Source of the DNA: an uncultured Actinomycetes bacterium
GTDB lineage: Bacteria; Actinomycetota; UBA4738; HRBIN12
DNA length: 64,000 bases
Reading direction: 5' to 3'
Assembly (NCBI GenBank): GCA_963850315.1
Contig: CAWKKN010000007.1
Span: forward strand, 146,719 to 210,718
Part shown: positions 10,089 to 18,921 of the stretch, piece by piece
Layout of the letters: the number at the start of each line of letters is the position of its first letter
Position numbering within the stretch: the first letter of the stretch is position 1
Translations under genes and position numbers: made by a program
The notes under the pieces: generated by a model
Database searches by the model: none
Seen by the model: the letters and a program-made list of their open reading frames with translations, nothing else
What the model was told of the DNA's origin: nothing

Positions 10089-10820
10089 TTGTCCGAAGGC
10101 GCCCACATTCCCAAGTCCCGCCCCGTCAAGCCCGCATACCTCATCGGTGGCGGTCTCGTCGCGCTGGGCGCCATCGTCGGCATCCTCATCCTGCTGACCG
10201 GCGGCTCGAACAGTCCCATAATCGGCGCACAGTCGAGCGAGCCGCCCACACCCGGGTTCCAGTTCAAGGTCCTGAAGTTCCATGCCATCACGACGGGACC
10301 CGCCACCACGCAGGACCCCAACGCGCACCCCGACACGCAGAAGGCGAGCCAGGCCGCAGGTCCGGCCGGCACGATCGCGAAGGCGCTGCTCCACAGCTAT
10401 TACACCCAGGCGTTCCTCGTGCCCGACAACTGGAGGAAGGGCTCGTATGACTCGGCCTTCGTGGCCTTCTCCGATCCGGCGAAGAACCAAGCCGAACAGC
10501 ACCTGGCCGTCCTCACGGCCGGCACTGGGGCGGGCGACAAGTACACGACGATCAAGCCGGCGAAGGCGACGATCAAGACGCGCGTCCTGCTCGACAGCGC
10601 CTACCGGCCCTACTCGGTGGCCTGCACGATCTTCTTCCAGGCCGACGCCACGACCAAGAGCGGCGGCGGCAAGGTGAACCTGGTGAGCCAGGGACGCTTC
10701 ATCCTGCAGAAGGACGGCGATGCCTGGAAGGTGATGTCGTTCTCGGTGTCGCGGGCCGACAAGAGCTCAGCGTCACCGAGCGCATCGGCATCGGCGAGCG
10801 CCTCGGGGAGCGCCTCGTGA
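10089..10820 (+). CDS. Hypothetical membrane-anchored extracytoplasmic protein
   Basis: Single N-terminal TM helix, then a Pro/Thr linker and a beta-rich domain; GTGA overlap with the LCP gene; good codon bias. Confidence 0.7.
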   Translation: MSEGAHIPKSRPVKPAYLIGGGLVALGAIVGILILLTGGSNSPIIGAQSSEPPTPGFQFKVLKFHAITTGPATTQDPNAHPDTQKASQAAGPAGTIAKALLHSYYTQAFLVPDNWRKGSYDSAFVAFSDPAKNQAEQHLAVLTAGTGAGDKYTTIKPAKATIKTRVLLDSAYRPYSVACTIFFQADATTKSGGGKVNLVSQGRFILQKDGDAWKVMSFSVSRADKSSASPSASASASASGSAS

Positions 10821-11773
10821 GGCGGCGTCTCGTCGTCGTCGTGCTCGGCCTCGCCGCATGGGTGAGCGGGTCGGCGATCGGAGCCATCGGCCCCATGTCC
10901 GCGCATGCCGACTCGTCGGGCATCGCGCTGGGCAAGGCCCACGCCGGGTACACGCCGTCGCTCACGGGCGACAAGCCCATCGTGATCCTGGCGGTGGGCA
11001 GCGGCGCGCGGCCGGGCGACGACGTGATGCACTCGCTGTCGGACTCGATCCATCTCATCTTCTTGAACCCGGCGAAGCACCACGCGACGCTCGTGGGCAT
11101 CCCGCGGGACTCGTGGGTGGACATCCCGGGCCACGGCACCTCGAAGGTCAACGCCGCTCTCTTCTACGGCGGCCCCGCGCTGATGGTCCAGACGATCGAG
11201 AGCCTCGCGGGCGTGCACATCGACTACTGGGCCATCACGACGTTCTGGGGCTTCACGAACATGATCAACGGGATCAACGGGCTCACGATGAACGTCCCCT
11301 TCCGGTTCGACGACCCCAGCTACTCGCGGGCGAACCTGCAGCCCGGGGTGCAGCGGCTGAACGGCGTGCAGGCGCTCTCGATGGCGCGCGACCGCCACAG
11401 CATGCTCGAGGGCGACTTCGCGCGGTCGGAGAACCAGGGCCGGCTCATGCTGGCGGCGCTCGCGCAGTTCCACGCGGACTACAAGGCCGATCCGGGCAAC
11501 ATGTTCACATGGCTCGGCGCCGGCATGTCGAACATGACGACGGACGTCCCACTCGGCGAGGTCATGCAACTCGCGTTCACGTCCTCGGAGATCCCGGTGA
11601 AGAACGTCCAGAACGTCGTGCTGCCGGGGGGCACCGGGATGATCGGCTCGCAGTCGGTGGTGGTCCTCAACCCCGTGTGGAAGGCCCGCATCTTCAACGA
11701 CGTGAAGGCCGACGGGATGCTCACGAAGGCGAACACCCCACCCAGTCCGACGGCGAACCAGCCGAAGGGATGA
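10817..11773 (+). CDS. LCP (LytR-CpsA-Psr) family protein
   Basis: LVGIPRDSWVDIPGHGTSKVNAA, GVHIDYW, ALSMARDRH, GDFARSENQ. Confidence 0.88.
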   Translation: MRRRLVVVVLGLAAWVSGSAIGAIGPMSAHADSSGIALGKAHAGYTPSLTGDKPIVILAVGSGARPGDDVMHSLSDSIHLIFLNPAKHHATLVGIPRDSWVDIPGHGTSKVNAALFYGGPALMVQTIESLAGVHIDYWAITTFWGFTNMINGINGLTMNVPFRFDDPSYSRANLQPGVQRLNGVQALSMARDRHSMLEGDFARSENQGRLMLAALAQFHADYKADPGNMFTWLGAGMSNMTTDVPLGEVMQLAFTSSEIPVKNVQNVVLPGGTGMIGSQSVVVLNPVWKARIFNDVKADGMLTKANTPPSPTANQPKG

Positions 11774-11777
11774 TCCC

Positions 11778-12794
11778 CTACGCCCGAGTGAGCACGAACG
11801 CGACGTAGCCCAGGTAGAGCAGCCCTTGCAGCAACAACAGTCTCGCGTTGAGCGCACCACGCATGTGGACGGTGACGAGCATGATCCCGCCGGCGAGGAG
11901 TGCGATGCCGGCCGCCACGCCCGCCTCGAAGTTCAGCCGCCATGGCGTGAACAGCAATCCGATGATCACCGGGAACGTCACCTGGAAGACCATGGCGCCC
12001 GTGATGTTTCCCACGGCCAGGACGTCCTTGCCGCGGCGTGCCCAGATCACGCTGGCGTTCAGGGCCTCCGGCAGCTCGGTGGCGAGCGGGGCCACCAGCA
12101 GGGAGAACACGAGATGGGAGATGCTGAACCGGTGCGCGAGCTCGTCCACGCCGTCCACGAACAGTTGCGCTCCCCCCAGGATGACGCCGAGCCCCACCAG
12201 GGTCTGGAGCGAGCTCAGCACGATCGACGGCGACCCGGGACGTCGTAGCAGACGCATGAGGCGCAGCGGCCGCACCTCGCCGACGGCCTCCGCTTCCTCG
12301 GCCCGTCCACCGGAGCTGGCGAAGTGACGCCGCACGTACCAGCCGTAGCCGACCAACAGGATGCCGCTGAGTAGCACGTTCACGGCTTTCACGTGCAGAA
12401 GGCCCGCGGCGAGGGCGAGGGCGTACATCACCAGGAAATAGGCGAGGTCCGCCGAGAGCACACCGGGGTCGTGCTCCAGCTCCTCCCCCCGGCCGCCGCG
12501 GCGCGCGACCAGGACCACCGTGAGGCCGAGCGCGAACATCACCAGCGTCGTCAGCATGAACGGAGCGCCCAGGATCGCACCGATCCCGATGTCGTCGCCC
12601 GACGGCTTCCCTCCGACGATCGCGACGATCGGCAGGATCGTCTCGGGCAGCGCGGTGCCGACGGCCGCCAGCACGGATCCCACGGCGCCCTCCGACAGCC
12701 CCAGCCCCGTACCGACCCACTCGACGCCGTTCGTGAAGAGCTCGGCCCCGACAAGGATGACCGCGAGCGCGAGCAGCAGGACCAGCCAGGCCAT
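11778..12794 (-). CDS. CaCA-family cation (Na+/Ca2+) antiporter
   Basis: Two alpha repeats AVGTALPET and APLATELPEA; GAILGAPF and AVGNITGA; RBS GGAGG. Confidence 0.88.
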   Translation of the reverse strand: MAWLVLLLALAVILVGAELFTNGVEWVGTGLGLSEGAVGSVLAAVGTALPETILPIVAIVGGKPSGDDIGIGAILGAPFMLTTLVMFALGLTVVLVARRGGRGEELEHDPGVLSADLAYFLVMYALALAAGLLHVKAVNVLLSGILLVGYGWYVRRHFASSGGRAEEAEAVGEVRPLRLMRLLRRPGSPSIVLSSLQTLVGLGVILGGAQLFVDGVDELAHRFSISHLVFSLLVAPLATELPEALNASVIWARRGKDVLAVGNITGAMVFQVTFPVIIGLLFTPWRLNFEAGVAAGIALLAGGIMLVTVHMRGALNARLLLLQGLLYLGYVAFVLTRA

Positions 12795-12851
12795 GTCCGC
12801 GGCATCCTCCCACAGCCGTCTGCCCCCAACGGGCGCCGATAGCCTGGACGC

Positions 12852-15131
12852 GTGGATCCGCACGCGTTCCTCGACGGCCTCACCGCCGACCCCGACGTGG
12901 CGCCGTCCCTCGTGAGCGTCCGCGACTTCCCCGCACGTGATCCCGTCCTGCAGCCCTTCCCGGTGGACCTGCCCGAGGTGCTGATCGGGCGCCTCGGTCT
13001 CCAAGGGGTCACGGGCCTGTACGCGCATCAGGTGGCGGGGCTCGAGATCCTGCGCGGCTCGACGCCGCTCGTGATGGCGACCGGCACCGCCAGCGGCAAG
13101 ACGCTCGTGTACAACGCCGCCTTCGCGGCGACCGCCCTCGCGACACCCAAGGCGACCGCGCTCTACCTCTACCCCACCAAGGCGCTAGCGCGCGATCAGC
13201 TGCGTTCCGTGCGCGCCCTCAAGCTGCCCCAGCTGAAGGCCTCCGTCTACGACGGCGACACGCCACGCGCCGAACGTCCGCTGATCCGCAAGAGTGCGAA
13301 CCTCGTCATGACGAACCCGGACATGCTGCACCGCTCCCTGCTGCCCGACCACGCCCGGTGGGGCGACTTCTTCTTCCGGCTCTCGCTGATCGTGCTCGAT
13401 GAAGCTCACGTCTGCCGTGGCGTCTTCGGCTCACACGTGGCGATGGTGCTGCGTCGGCTCCGCAGGATCGTCGCACACTACGGTGGCGACCCACACTGGT
13501 GCCTGGCGAGCGCGACGGTGGGCAACCCGGGCGAGCTCGCGGGTCGCCTCACGGGACTCGAGTTCGACGAGGTCGTCGAGGACGCATCGCCGCGCGGCGA
13601 GAAGCTCTTCGCGTTGTGGAACCCGCCGGTGCTGGACGAGGAGACAGGTCGCCGGCGCAGCGCGCTCACCGAGGCGTCCTCGCTGGTCGCGAAGCTCGCG
13701 GCGGGGGACGTGCGCACGATCGCCTTCACGCGATCGCGCCGCGCCGCCGAGCTGCTCGCCGAGTTCGCCCGCCGCGAGGTGGGGGACGCACAGAAGCGGT
13801 CGATGATCACCTCCTACCGCGCCGGCTACCTCGCCGAGGACCGCCGTCGGATCGAACGGCGGCTCGCGGACGGTGCCCTCCTCGCTGTCGCTTCCACGAG
13901 CGCGCTGGAGCTGGGGATCGACATCGGGTCGCTCGACGCCGCCGTCCTCACCGGCTACCCGGGGACGCGCGCGTCCATGTGGCAGCAGGCGGGGCGTGCG
14001 GGTCGGCGCGACACCGACGCGCTCGCGATCATGGTGGCCCAGGACGATCCGCTGGACCAGTACCTCGTCCACCACCCCGAGGACCTCTTCGACAAGCCCG
14101 CCGAGGCGGCCGTCATCGATCCGGCGAATCCGTACGTGCTTGAGCCCCACCTGCGTTGCGCCGCACGGGAGATCCCGCTCCGCGCGGACGAGCTCGCGTT
14201 CTTCGGAGACCCCGGCGTCGTTGCGGAGGCCCTCGCACGGATGACCGAGCGCGGCGAGCTCACCCTGCGTCGCGACGCCTGGCACGATCGTGGCAAGGAG
14301 CCGCCGCACCGCGCCGTGGACGTTCGCGCGGGCGGCGGCCACATCTACCGCATCATCATCCGCGACACGGGTGAGCTCTTGGGGACCGCCGACGAAGGCC
14401 GTGCCTACAAGACCCTGCACCCCGGTGCCGTCTACCTCCACCTGGGCGAGCAGTACCTGGTGCGCGAGCTGAACCTCGTCGATCGGGTCGCCGTCGTGGA
14501 CGAGGCGGACCCCGACTACTACACGCAGGCGCGCGACATGACCGACATCCGCGTCGGCCACGTCATCGATCGCGGCACGACGGGTGAGGTGGACGCCTTC
14601 TTCGGCAGCGTCCGCGTCACGAACCAGGTCACGTCCTACGTGCGCCGGCTCGTCAGCACGAACGAGGTCGTCGACGAGTTGCCGCTGCCGCTGCCGCCGC
14701 AGCACCTCGAGACGAAGGCCGTCTGGTGGACGATCCCGCCCACCGTTGTCTCGCGGGCGGCCGTGTCGGCGCGCGATCTCGCCGGTGCGATCCACGCCGC
14801 CGAGCACGCCGCGATCGGGCTCCTTCCTCTGGTCGCTACGTGCGACCGGTGGGACATCGGAGGGGTCTCCACGCCGATGCACGAGGACACGGGGTTGACG
14901 ACGATCTTCATCTACGACGGCTACCCGGGCGGAGCCGGCATCACGGAGCGCGGCTTCCGGACCTCGGAGCGCTGGTTGCGCGCGACGCTCGACGCGATCC
15001 GGACGTGTCCGTGTGTTCGCGGCTGCCCCAGCTGCGTCCAGTCGCCGAAGTGCGGCAACGGCAACGAGCCGCTCGACAAGGCCGGCGCGATCGCCCTGCT
15101 GGCAGCGATCCTGGGGGCCGCCTGGGGTTGA
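12852..15131 (+). CDS. DEAH helicase with C-terminal DUF1998 Zn-binding domain (MrfA/Hrq1/SftH family)
   Basis: TGTASGKT, DEAHVCRG, STSALELGIDIG, QQAGRAGR, CPC..GCPSC..SPKCGNGN; TAGCCT 7 nt before the GTG. Confidence 0.92.
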   Translation: MDPHAFLDGLTADPDVAPSLVSVRDFPARDPVLQPFPVDLPEVLIGRLGLQGVTGLYAHQVAGLEILRGSTPLVMATGTASGKTLVYNAAFAATALATPKATALYLYPTKALARDQLRSVRALKLPQLKASVYDGDTPRAERPLIRKSANLVMTNPDMLHRSLLPDHARWGDFFFRLSLIVLDEAHVCRGVFGSHVAMVLRRLRRIVAHYGGDPHWCLASATVGNPGELAGRLTGLEFDEVVEDASPRGEKLFALWNPPVLDEETGRRRSALTEASSLVAKLAAGDVRTIAFTRSRRAAELLAEFARREVGDAQKRSMITSYRAGYLAEDRRRIERRLADGALLAVASTSALELGIDIGSLDAAVLTGYPGTRASMWQQAGRAGRRDTDALAIMVAQDDPLDQYLVHHPEDLFDKPAEAAVIDPANPYVLEPHLRCAAREIPLRADELAFFGDPGVVAEALARMTERGELTLRRDAWHDRGKEPPHRAVDVRAGGGHIYRIIIRDTGELLGTADEGRAYKTLHPGAVYLHLGEQYLVRELNLVDRVAVVDEADPDYYTQARDMTDIRVGHVIDRGTTGEVDAFFGSVRVTNQVTSYVRRLVSTNEVVDELPLPLPPQHLETKAVWWTIPPTVVSRAAVSARDLAGAIHAAEHAAIGLLPLVATCDRWDIGGVSTPMHEDTGLTTIFIYDGYPGGAGITERGFRTSERWLRATLDAIRTCPCVRGCPSCVQSPKCGNGNEPLDKAGAIALLAAILGAAWG

Positions 15132-15134
15132 GGC

Positions 15135-15552
15135 CTACCCGCCGGTGGCGTTCAGCGCTGCGCGCGCCTGCGCCACATGGAACCGATCGTGCCCCGCGAT
15201 CATGCGGAAGGAGAGCTCCAGGCTCTCGGGGCCGCGCTCGCCGTGCCGTCCGACGCGCGCGCGATCCGGTAGGGAAGTCGACGACCACAACGCGAGGTTC
15301 GCGGCACGCAACACGTCGAACGCCTCGAGCAACGGTTCGGGCGGCCCGTCCTCACCGTGGAGCCGGTCCACCCAGCGGTCCTGATCGTACCCGATGAGCT
15401 GGGGCTGGTCCTGCGCCAGGATGAAGCGATGCGACGGTTCGCAGCGCCGCCGGCGTGGAGGCCTGGACGGTGGCCGGATCGTCGTCGCCCAGCAGCCCCA
15501 GCAGATGGGCCTGGTAGGCCTGCGGCTCGCGGACCGGATCCGGTGACGACAC
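15135..15552 (-). pseudogene. DinB-family protein with internal deletion and frameshift
   Basis: N-term MSSPDPVREPQAYQAHLLGLLGDDDP..TPAALRTV joins out of frame (~15432) to RFILAQDQPQLIGYDQD...GHDRFH; the central WS..E...H segment is missing. Confidence 0.7.
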
Positions 15553-15641
15553 CGCGGCCAGTCTACGCGGCCCAGGACCAACGCCCTGCAGCGAACTCCG
15601 TATTGCCCGCATACGGTCACCTACGGGACCCTTCCTCCGCG

Positions 15642-16001
15642 ATGCGCCACGTCATGTTCGGCACGACGACCTCCGTTTGGGTCTCGCTCGGCCTCGTGGC
15701 CGCCGTCGTGCTCGCCGCAGCAGCCGTGCTCGCACGGTCGCACGGCCGCCGGCTGGAGCGCAGGATGGCCACGGAGCTCGGCCGGCGCCGGGACGATCAT
15801 CGCCCGCCCCCTCTCGAGGCGGTCTGCGACCCGGCAGGCCCCGATGCCGAGCTCCGGATCACCCTGAACGAGCTCCTCGAGCAACGCGACCAGCTGCTCG
15901 GGGAGTTCCAGGACGTACAGTCGCGCATCCGCATCCTCAAACGCGAGGTCGAACGGCAGCGCAGGCTCGCCGCCGTGGAGCCCCAGCATCGGCAAGGGTA
16001 G
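15642..16001 (+). CDS. Hypothetical protein, N-terminal TM plus coiled coil
   Basis: VWVSLGLVAAVVLAAAAVL followed by heptad LNELLEQRDQLLGEFQDVQSRIRILKREV. Confidence 0.55.
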   Translation: MRHVMFGTTTSVWVSLGLVAAVVLAAAAVLARSHGRRLERRMATELGRRRDDHRPPPLEAVCDPAGPDAELRITLNELLEQRDQLLGEFQDVQSRIRILKREVERQRRLAAVEPQHRQG

Positions 16002-16202
16002 TCAGAGGTCGCGGGCCAGCTCGATCTCGTCGCGGATCGGCACCCCCCGCCCGTCCGCGAAGGGGATCGAGGGCTTCAGGGCACGCCACGCGTCGACCGC
16101 CCCCTCGTGGACGGCCACGATGTCGTCGAGCCATCGATCGCGGATGAACGGAGCTACCCAGCCCCGGTCGTCCTCCTCGACGGCGCGGATCGCGAAGCTC
16201 AT
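16002..16202 (-). pseudogene. GNAT acetyltransferase remnant (in-frame internal deletion, 66 aa)
   Basis: MSFAIRAVEEDDRGWVAPFIRDRWLDDIVAVH|EGAVDAWRALKPSIP...GVPIRDEIEL: both ends of a ~155-aa GNAT family, with the acetyl-CoA-binding core absent. Confidence 0.7.
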
Positions 16203-17782
16203 GCCACGCGCGTGCGACCTCGCCGGACGCGCGACAGCAGCCCCATCACGCCCTGCTTCTCCTGCGGCGTCAGGCCGAAGAAGAGCAGTGCGACGTAGTA
16301 GGCGGCGCCCCCGATCACGCCGGTCGCGAGGAGGTCGATGCCCCACTTGGGCCCGGCCGTGACGGAGTGCACCGCGATCATCACCACCGCGCCGACCGCC
16401 GTCGGGATCAGCAGCCGCGCATAGTAGCGGTCGTACGGCTGGATGTGCACGAATCGCCACACGAGCCACAACCGAAGCGCGTTGGAGAACACGAGCGCCG
16501 TCGACTGCGCGATCGCCGCACCCTCAGCGCCGTGGGACGGCACCAGCGCAAGCGCGATCGTGAGGTCGATCAGGAAGGACAGGGCGTAGATGAGCAGATC
16601 CCATCCGGTCCGGCCCACCATGATGAGCACGAAGCCCGCAGCGCCGACGCTCACGTTGACGCATTGACCGATCAACAGGATGCGCAGCCACGAGCTGCCC
16701 TGGCCGTACGACCCGCCGAAGACCTTCAGCACGGCGGCGGGAGCCACCAGGAAGAGCAGGAGGAGCGGGATGGTTCCGCCGATGGTCCAGCGGGTGACCT
16801 GCTTGAACAGGGCGTTCAGCCGGTCGTGCAGATGCCGCTCGTACAGGTCGGCGACGAACGGGCTGAACATGTAGGACACGGCCGTGAGGAAGAGCACGAG
16901 GGCCTGCGCCACGCGGATCGCCGCCGCGTAGACGCTGACGTCGCGGCCCGGGTAGTAGTGGGCGAGGACGGCGAGGTCCGTGTAGAAGAGCGCCTGGCTG
17001 AGCAGCGCCGCGGGCGCCCTGGGCGCCCCGTACCGGACGAGTGCGCCCGCCTCGCCTCGCTCGGCGGGCATCGACTCGAACGTCCGGGTGGCGTGACGCC
17101 ACGACCAGAAGGCGATCGCCGTCGCCAACACCCACGACAACGCGTAAGAAGACACCGTGACGGGCACGGTCCTGCCGACCACGCTCCACAGGATCAACGT
17201 GAGCACGATCCATCCGATCGACTGCCCGATCCAGTACGCGTACAGCGTGTGTCGCATGATCTTCAAGCCACGGCTGCCGCCCAGATAGACCTGCGCGATC
17301 GCGACGAAGATCAGCGCCACGGCGGCTGCCCGCACGGCGGCTCCGGGAACGTTCAGCACGCTCCCGATGGGGCCGGCGAGGGCGAACACCACCAGCGCCA
17401 CCACCACGCTCACGACGGCCGCGATCTCGATGGCGATCCGCACGATGGCCCGCGAGCGGCCCGCGTGCTTCTGACCGACCTCGATCGCGACGCGCCGCAC
17501 GGCGGCCATGTCCATCCCGAACCGCGTCGCCGCGCCGACGACGAACGCGAGCTGGGTGATCAGCGTGATCTGCCCGAACGCGGATGGGACGTTCTTGAAG
17601 GCGCGGGCGATCAGGATGTTCATCGCGAAGCTCGCGATGACGAACACCGCGAGGCCCACGATGTTCTGGCCGGTCCCCGCCAGGATCGTGAGGCGGTCCT
17701 GGATCTCCTCGGGACGGCGTCCGCCCGGCAGCGCGGCCTCTTCGGCCTGGGCGGCGGCGAGCGCTTCTTCAGGGGTTCCCAC
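16199..17782 (-). CDS. Wzx/MOP-superfamily oligosaccharide flippase
   Basis: About 12-14 TMs; FGMDMAAVRRV, YGAPR...LFYTDL, LIGQCVNVSVGAAGFVLIMVGRT; start could be as far up as 17827. Confidence 0.85.
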   Translation of the reverse strand: MGTPEEALAAAQAEEAALPGGRRPEEIQDRLTILAGTGQNIVGLAVFVIASFAMNILIARAFKNVPSAFGQITLITQLAFVVGAATRFGMDMAAVRRVAIEVGQKHAGRSRAIVRIAIEIAAVVSVVVALVVFALAGPIGSVLNVPGAAVRAAAVALIFVAIAQVYLGGSRGLKIMRHTLYAYWIGQSIGWIVLTLILWSVVGRTVPVTVSSYALSWVLATAIAFWSWRHATRTFESMPAERGEAGALVRYGAPRAPAALLSQALFYTDLAVLAHYYPGRDVSVYAAAIRVAQALVLFLTAVSYMFSPFVADLYERHLHDRLNALFKQVTRWTIGGTIPLLLLFLVAPAAVLKVFGGSYGQGSSWLRILLIGQCVNVSVGAAGFVLIMVGRTGWDLLIYALSFLIDLTIALALVPSHGAEGAAIAQSTALVFSNALRLWLVWRFVHIQPYDRYYARLLIPTAVGAVVMIAVHSVTAGPKWGIDLLATGVIGGAAYYVALLFFGLTPQEKQGVMGLLSRVRRGRTRVA

Positions 17783-17886
17783 GGCGCGCCCAGTATCCCG
17801 GACCCGAGCGGCCGTGTCGGACATCACGGCAAAGCGTCACGTAATGACGACCGCAGGCGAGGAGACGCCCTCCGTGATGCGGGAGC

Positions 17887-18172
17887 CTAAGAGTTCCTCC
17901 GGTAGGGACGCACCGCGAGTGGGGCGAACCACGATCCACGACATCGCGTAGCGGAACAGGAGCACCAGCAACTCTCCGGCGATCAGTCCGAACAGGTTGG
18001 TGTGGATCCGGAATCCCACGGCGATCCCCACCACGAGCATGAGGATCACGACGAAGACATCGCGCGTGAGGTCCGCGGTCGTGCGACCGGTGAGGACCGC
18101 GGAACGGGCCATCGGCAGCGAATGGAGGCGCTCGAGCAGGCCGCTCTTGGCGTCGGTGGCGAGCCCGATCGC
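17887..18172 (-). pseudogene. ABC-2 (DrrB-like) permease remnant lacking its 5' end, with a second internal deletion
   Basis: AIGLATDAKSGLLERLHSLPMARSAVLTGR...YAMSWIV then, shifted +1, FAPLAVRPYRRNS* (family C-terminus). Confidence 0.75.
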
Positions 18173-18394
18173 TTGGAGGAGCGCGGCCTCGTGGAGCGTC
18201 GCGCCTCGCCGTCGGACCGGCGCGTGAAGACGCTGATCCTCACGCTGTTGGGGATCCAGACGCGGGAACGGTTGTCCGAGGCGCTGTACCGGCCTCCGGC
18301 CGATCTGCTGCAGCTCGACCTGAAGTCCCTGGAGGCACTCCGTGACGAGCTGAGGAAGCTGCCCGTCAACGGGGGGGCGCTCTGGGCCGTCTGA
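18167..18394 (+). pseudogene. C-terminal half of a MarR-family regulator
   Basis: DRLEERGLVERRASPSDRRVKTLILT (MarR wing motif); no start codon or HTH upstream; abuts the permease remnant. Confidence 0.75.
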
Positions 18395-18527
18395 GGGCCG
18401 GGCTCCGTCGTCGCGCGGCGAGGTGGACCGCCCCAAGCGATCCCGAAACGGAAGTGTCGAGAATCGGCGGTCCCGTTCGTCGTAGAGATGTGCGGGGCAC
18501 CGAGCGCCGCGCCGGAGGAGGATCCGA

Positions 18528-18848
18528 ATGAGCGACTACGTGCTGCTCTTCCAGGGCGGTTCCATGCCCGAGACGGAGGAGGAACAGAAGCAGGTCATGG
18601 CCGCCTGGACCTCGTGGTTCACGGAACTGGGCTCCGCGGTGAAGGACCAGGGGAACCCGTTCTCCGGTCAGGCGAAGACGATCGCGGCCGACGGGTCGGT
18701 CTCCGACGGCAGCGGCGGCGGGTCGGCGTCCGGATACACGATCCTGAAGGCGGACTCACTCGACGCGGCGACCACCCTCGCGAAGGGCTGCCCGGTCCTT
18801 CAGGGTGGGGCCGACATCATGGTCTTCGAGACGATCGAGGTCATGTGA
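18528..18848 (+). CDS. YCII-related (YciI/DGPF-like) protein
   Basis: MSDYVLLFQGG..AWTSWF..LG...DQGNPF..SGYTILKADSLDAA..AKGCP; RBS GGAGGAGG. Confidence 0.85.
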   Translation: MSDYVLLFQGGSMPETEEEQKQVMAAWTSWFTELGSAVKDQGNPFSGQAKTIAADGSVSDGSGGGSASGYTILKADSLDAATTLAKGCPVLQGGADIMVFETIEVM

Positions 18849-18869
18849 CCAAGGCATCAGCGCGGTACC

Positions 18870-18902
18870 GAGAGCCCGGGCGCTCTGCCGGCCCGGGCTC
18901 TC
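18870..18902. terminator. Inverted repeat between convergent genes
   Basis: GAGAGCCCGGGC-N9-GCCCGGGCTCTC, 12-bp perfect stem. Confidence 0.8.
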
Positions 18903-18921
18903 GCACGCCGGGCGAGGTGCG

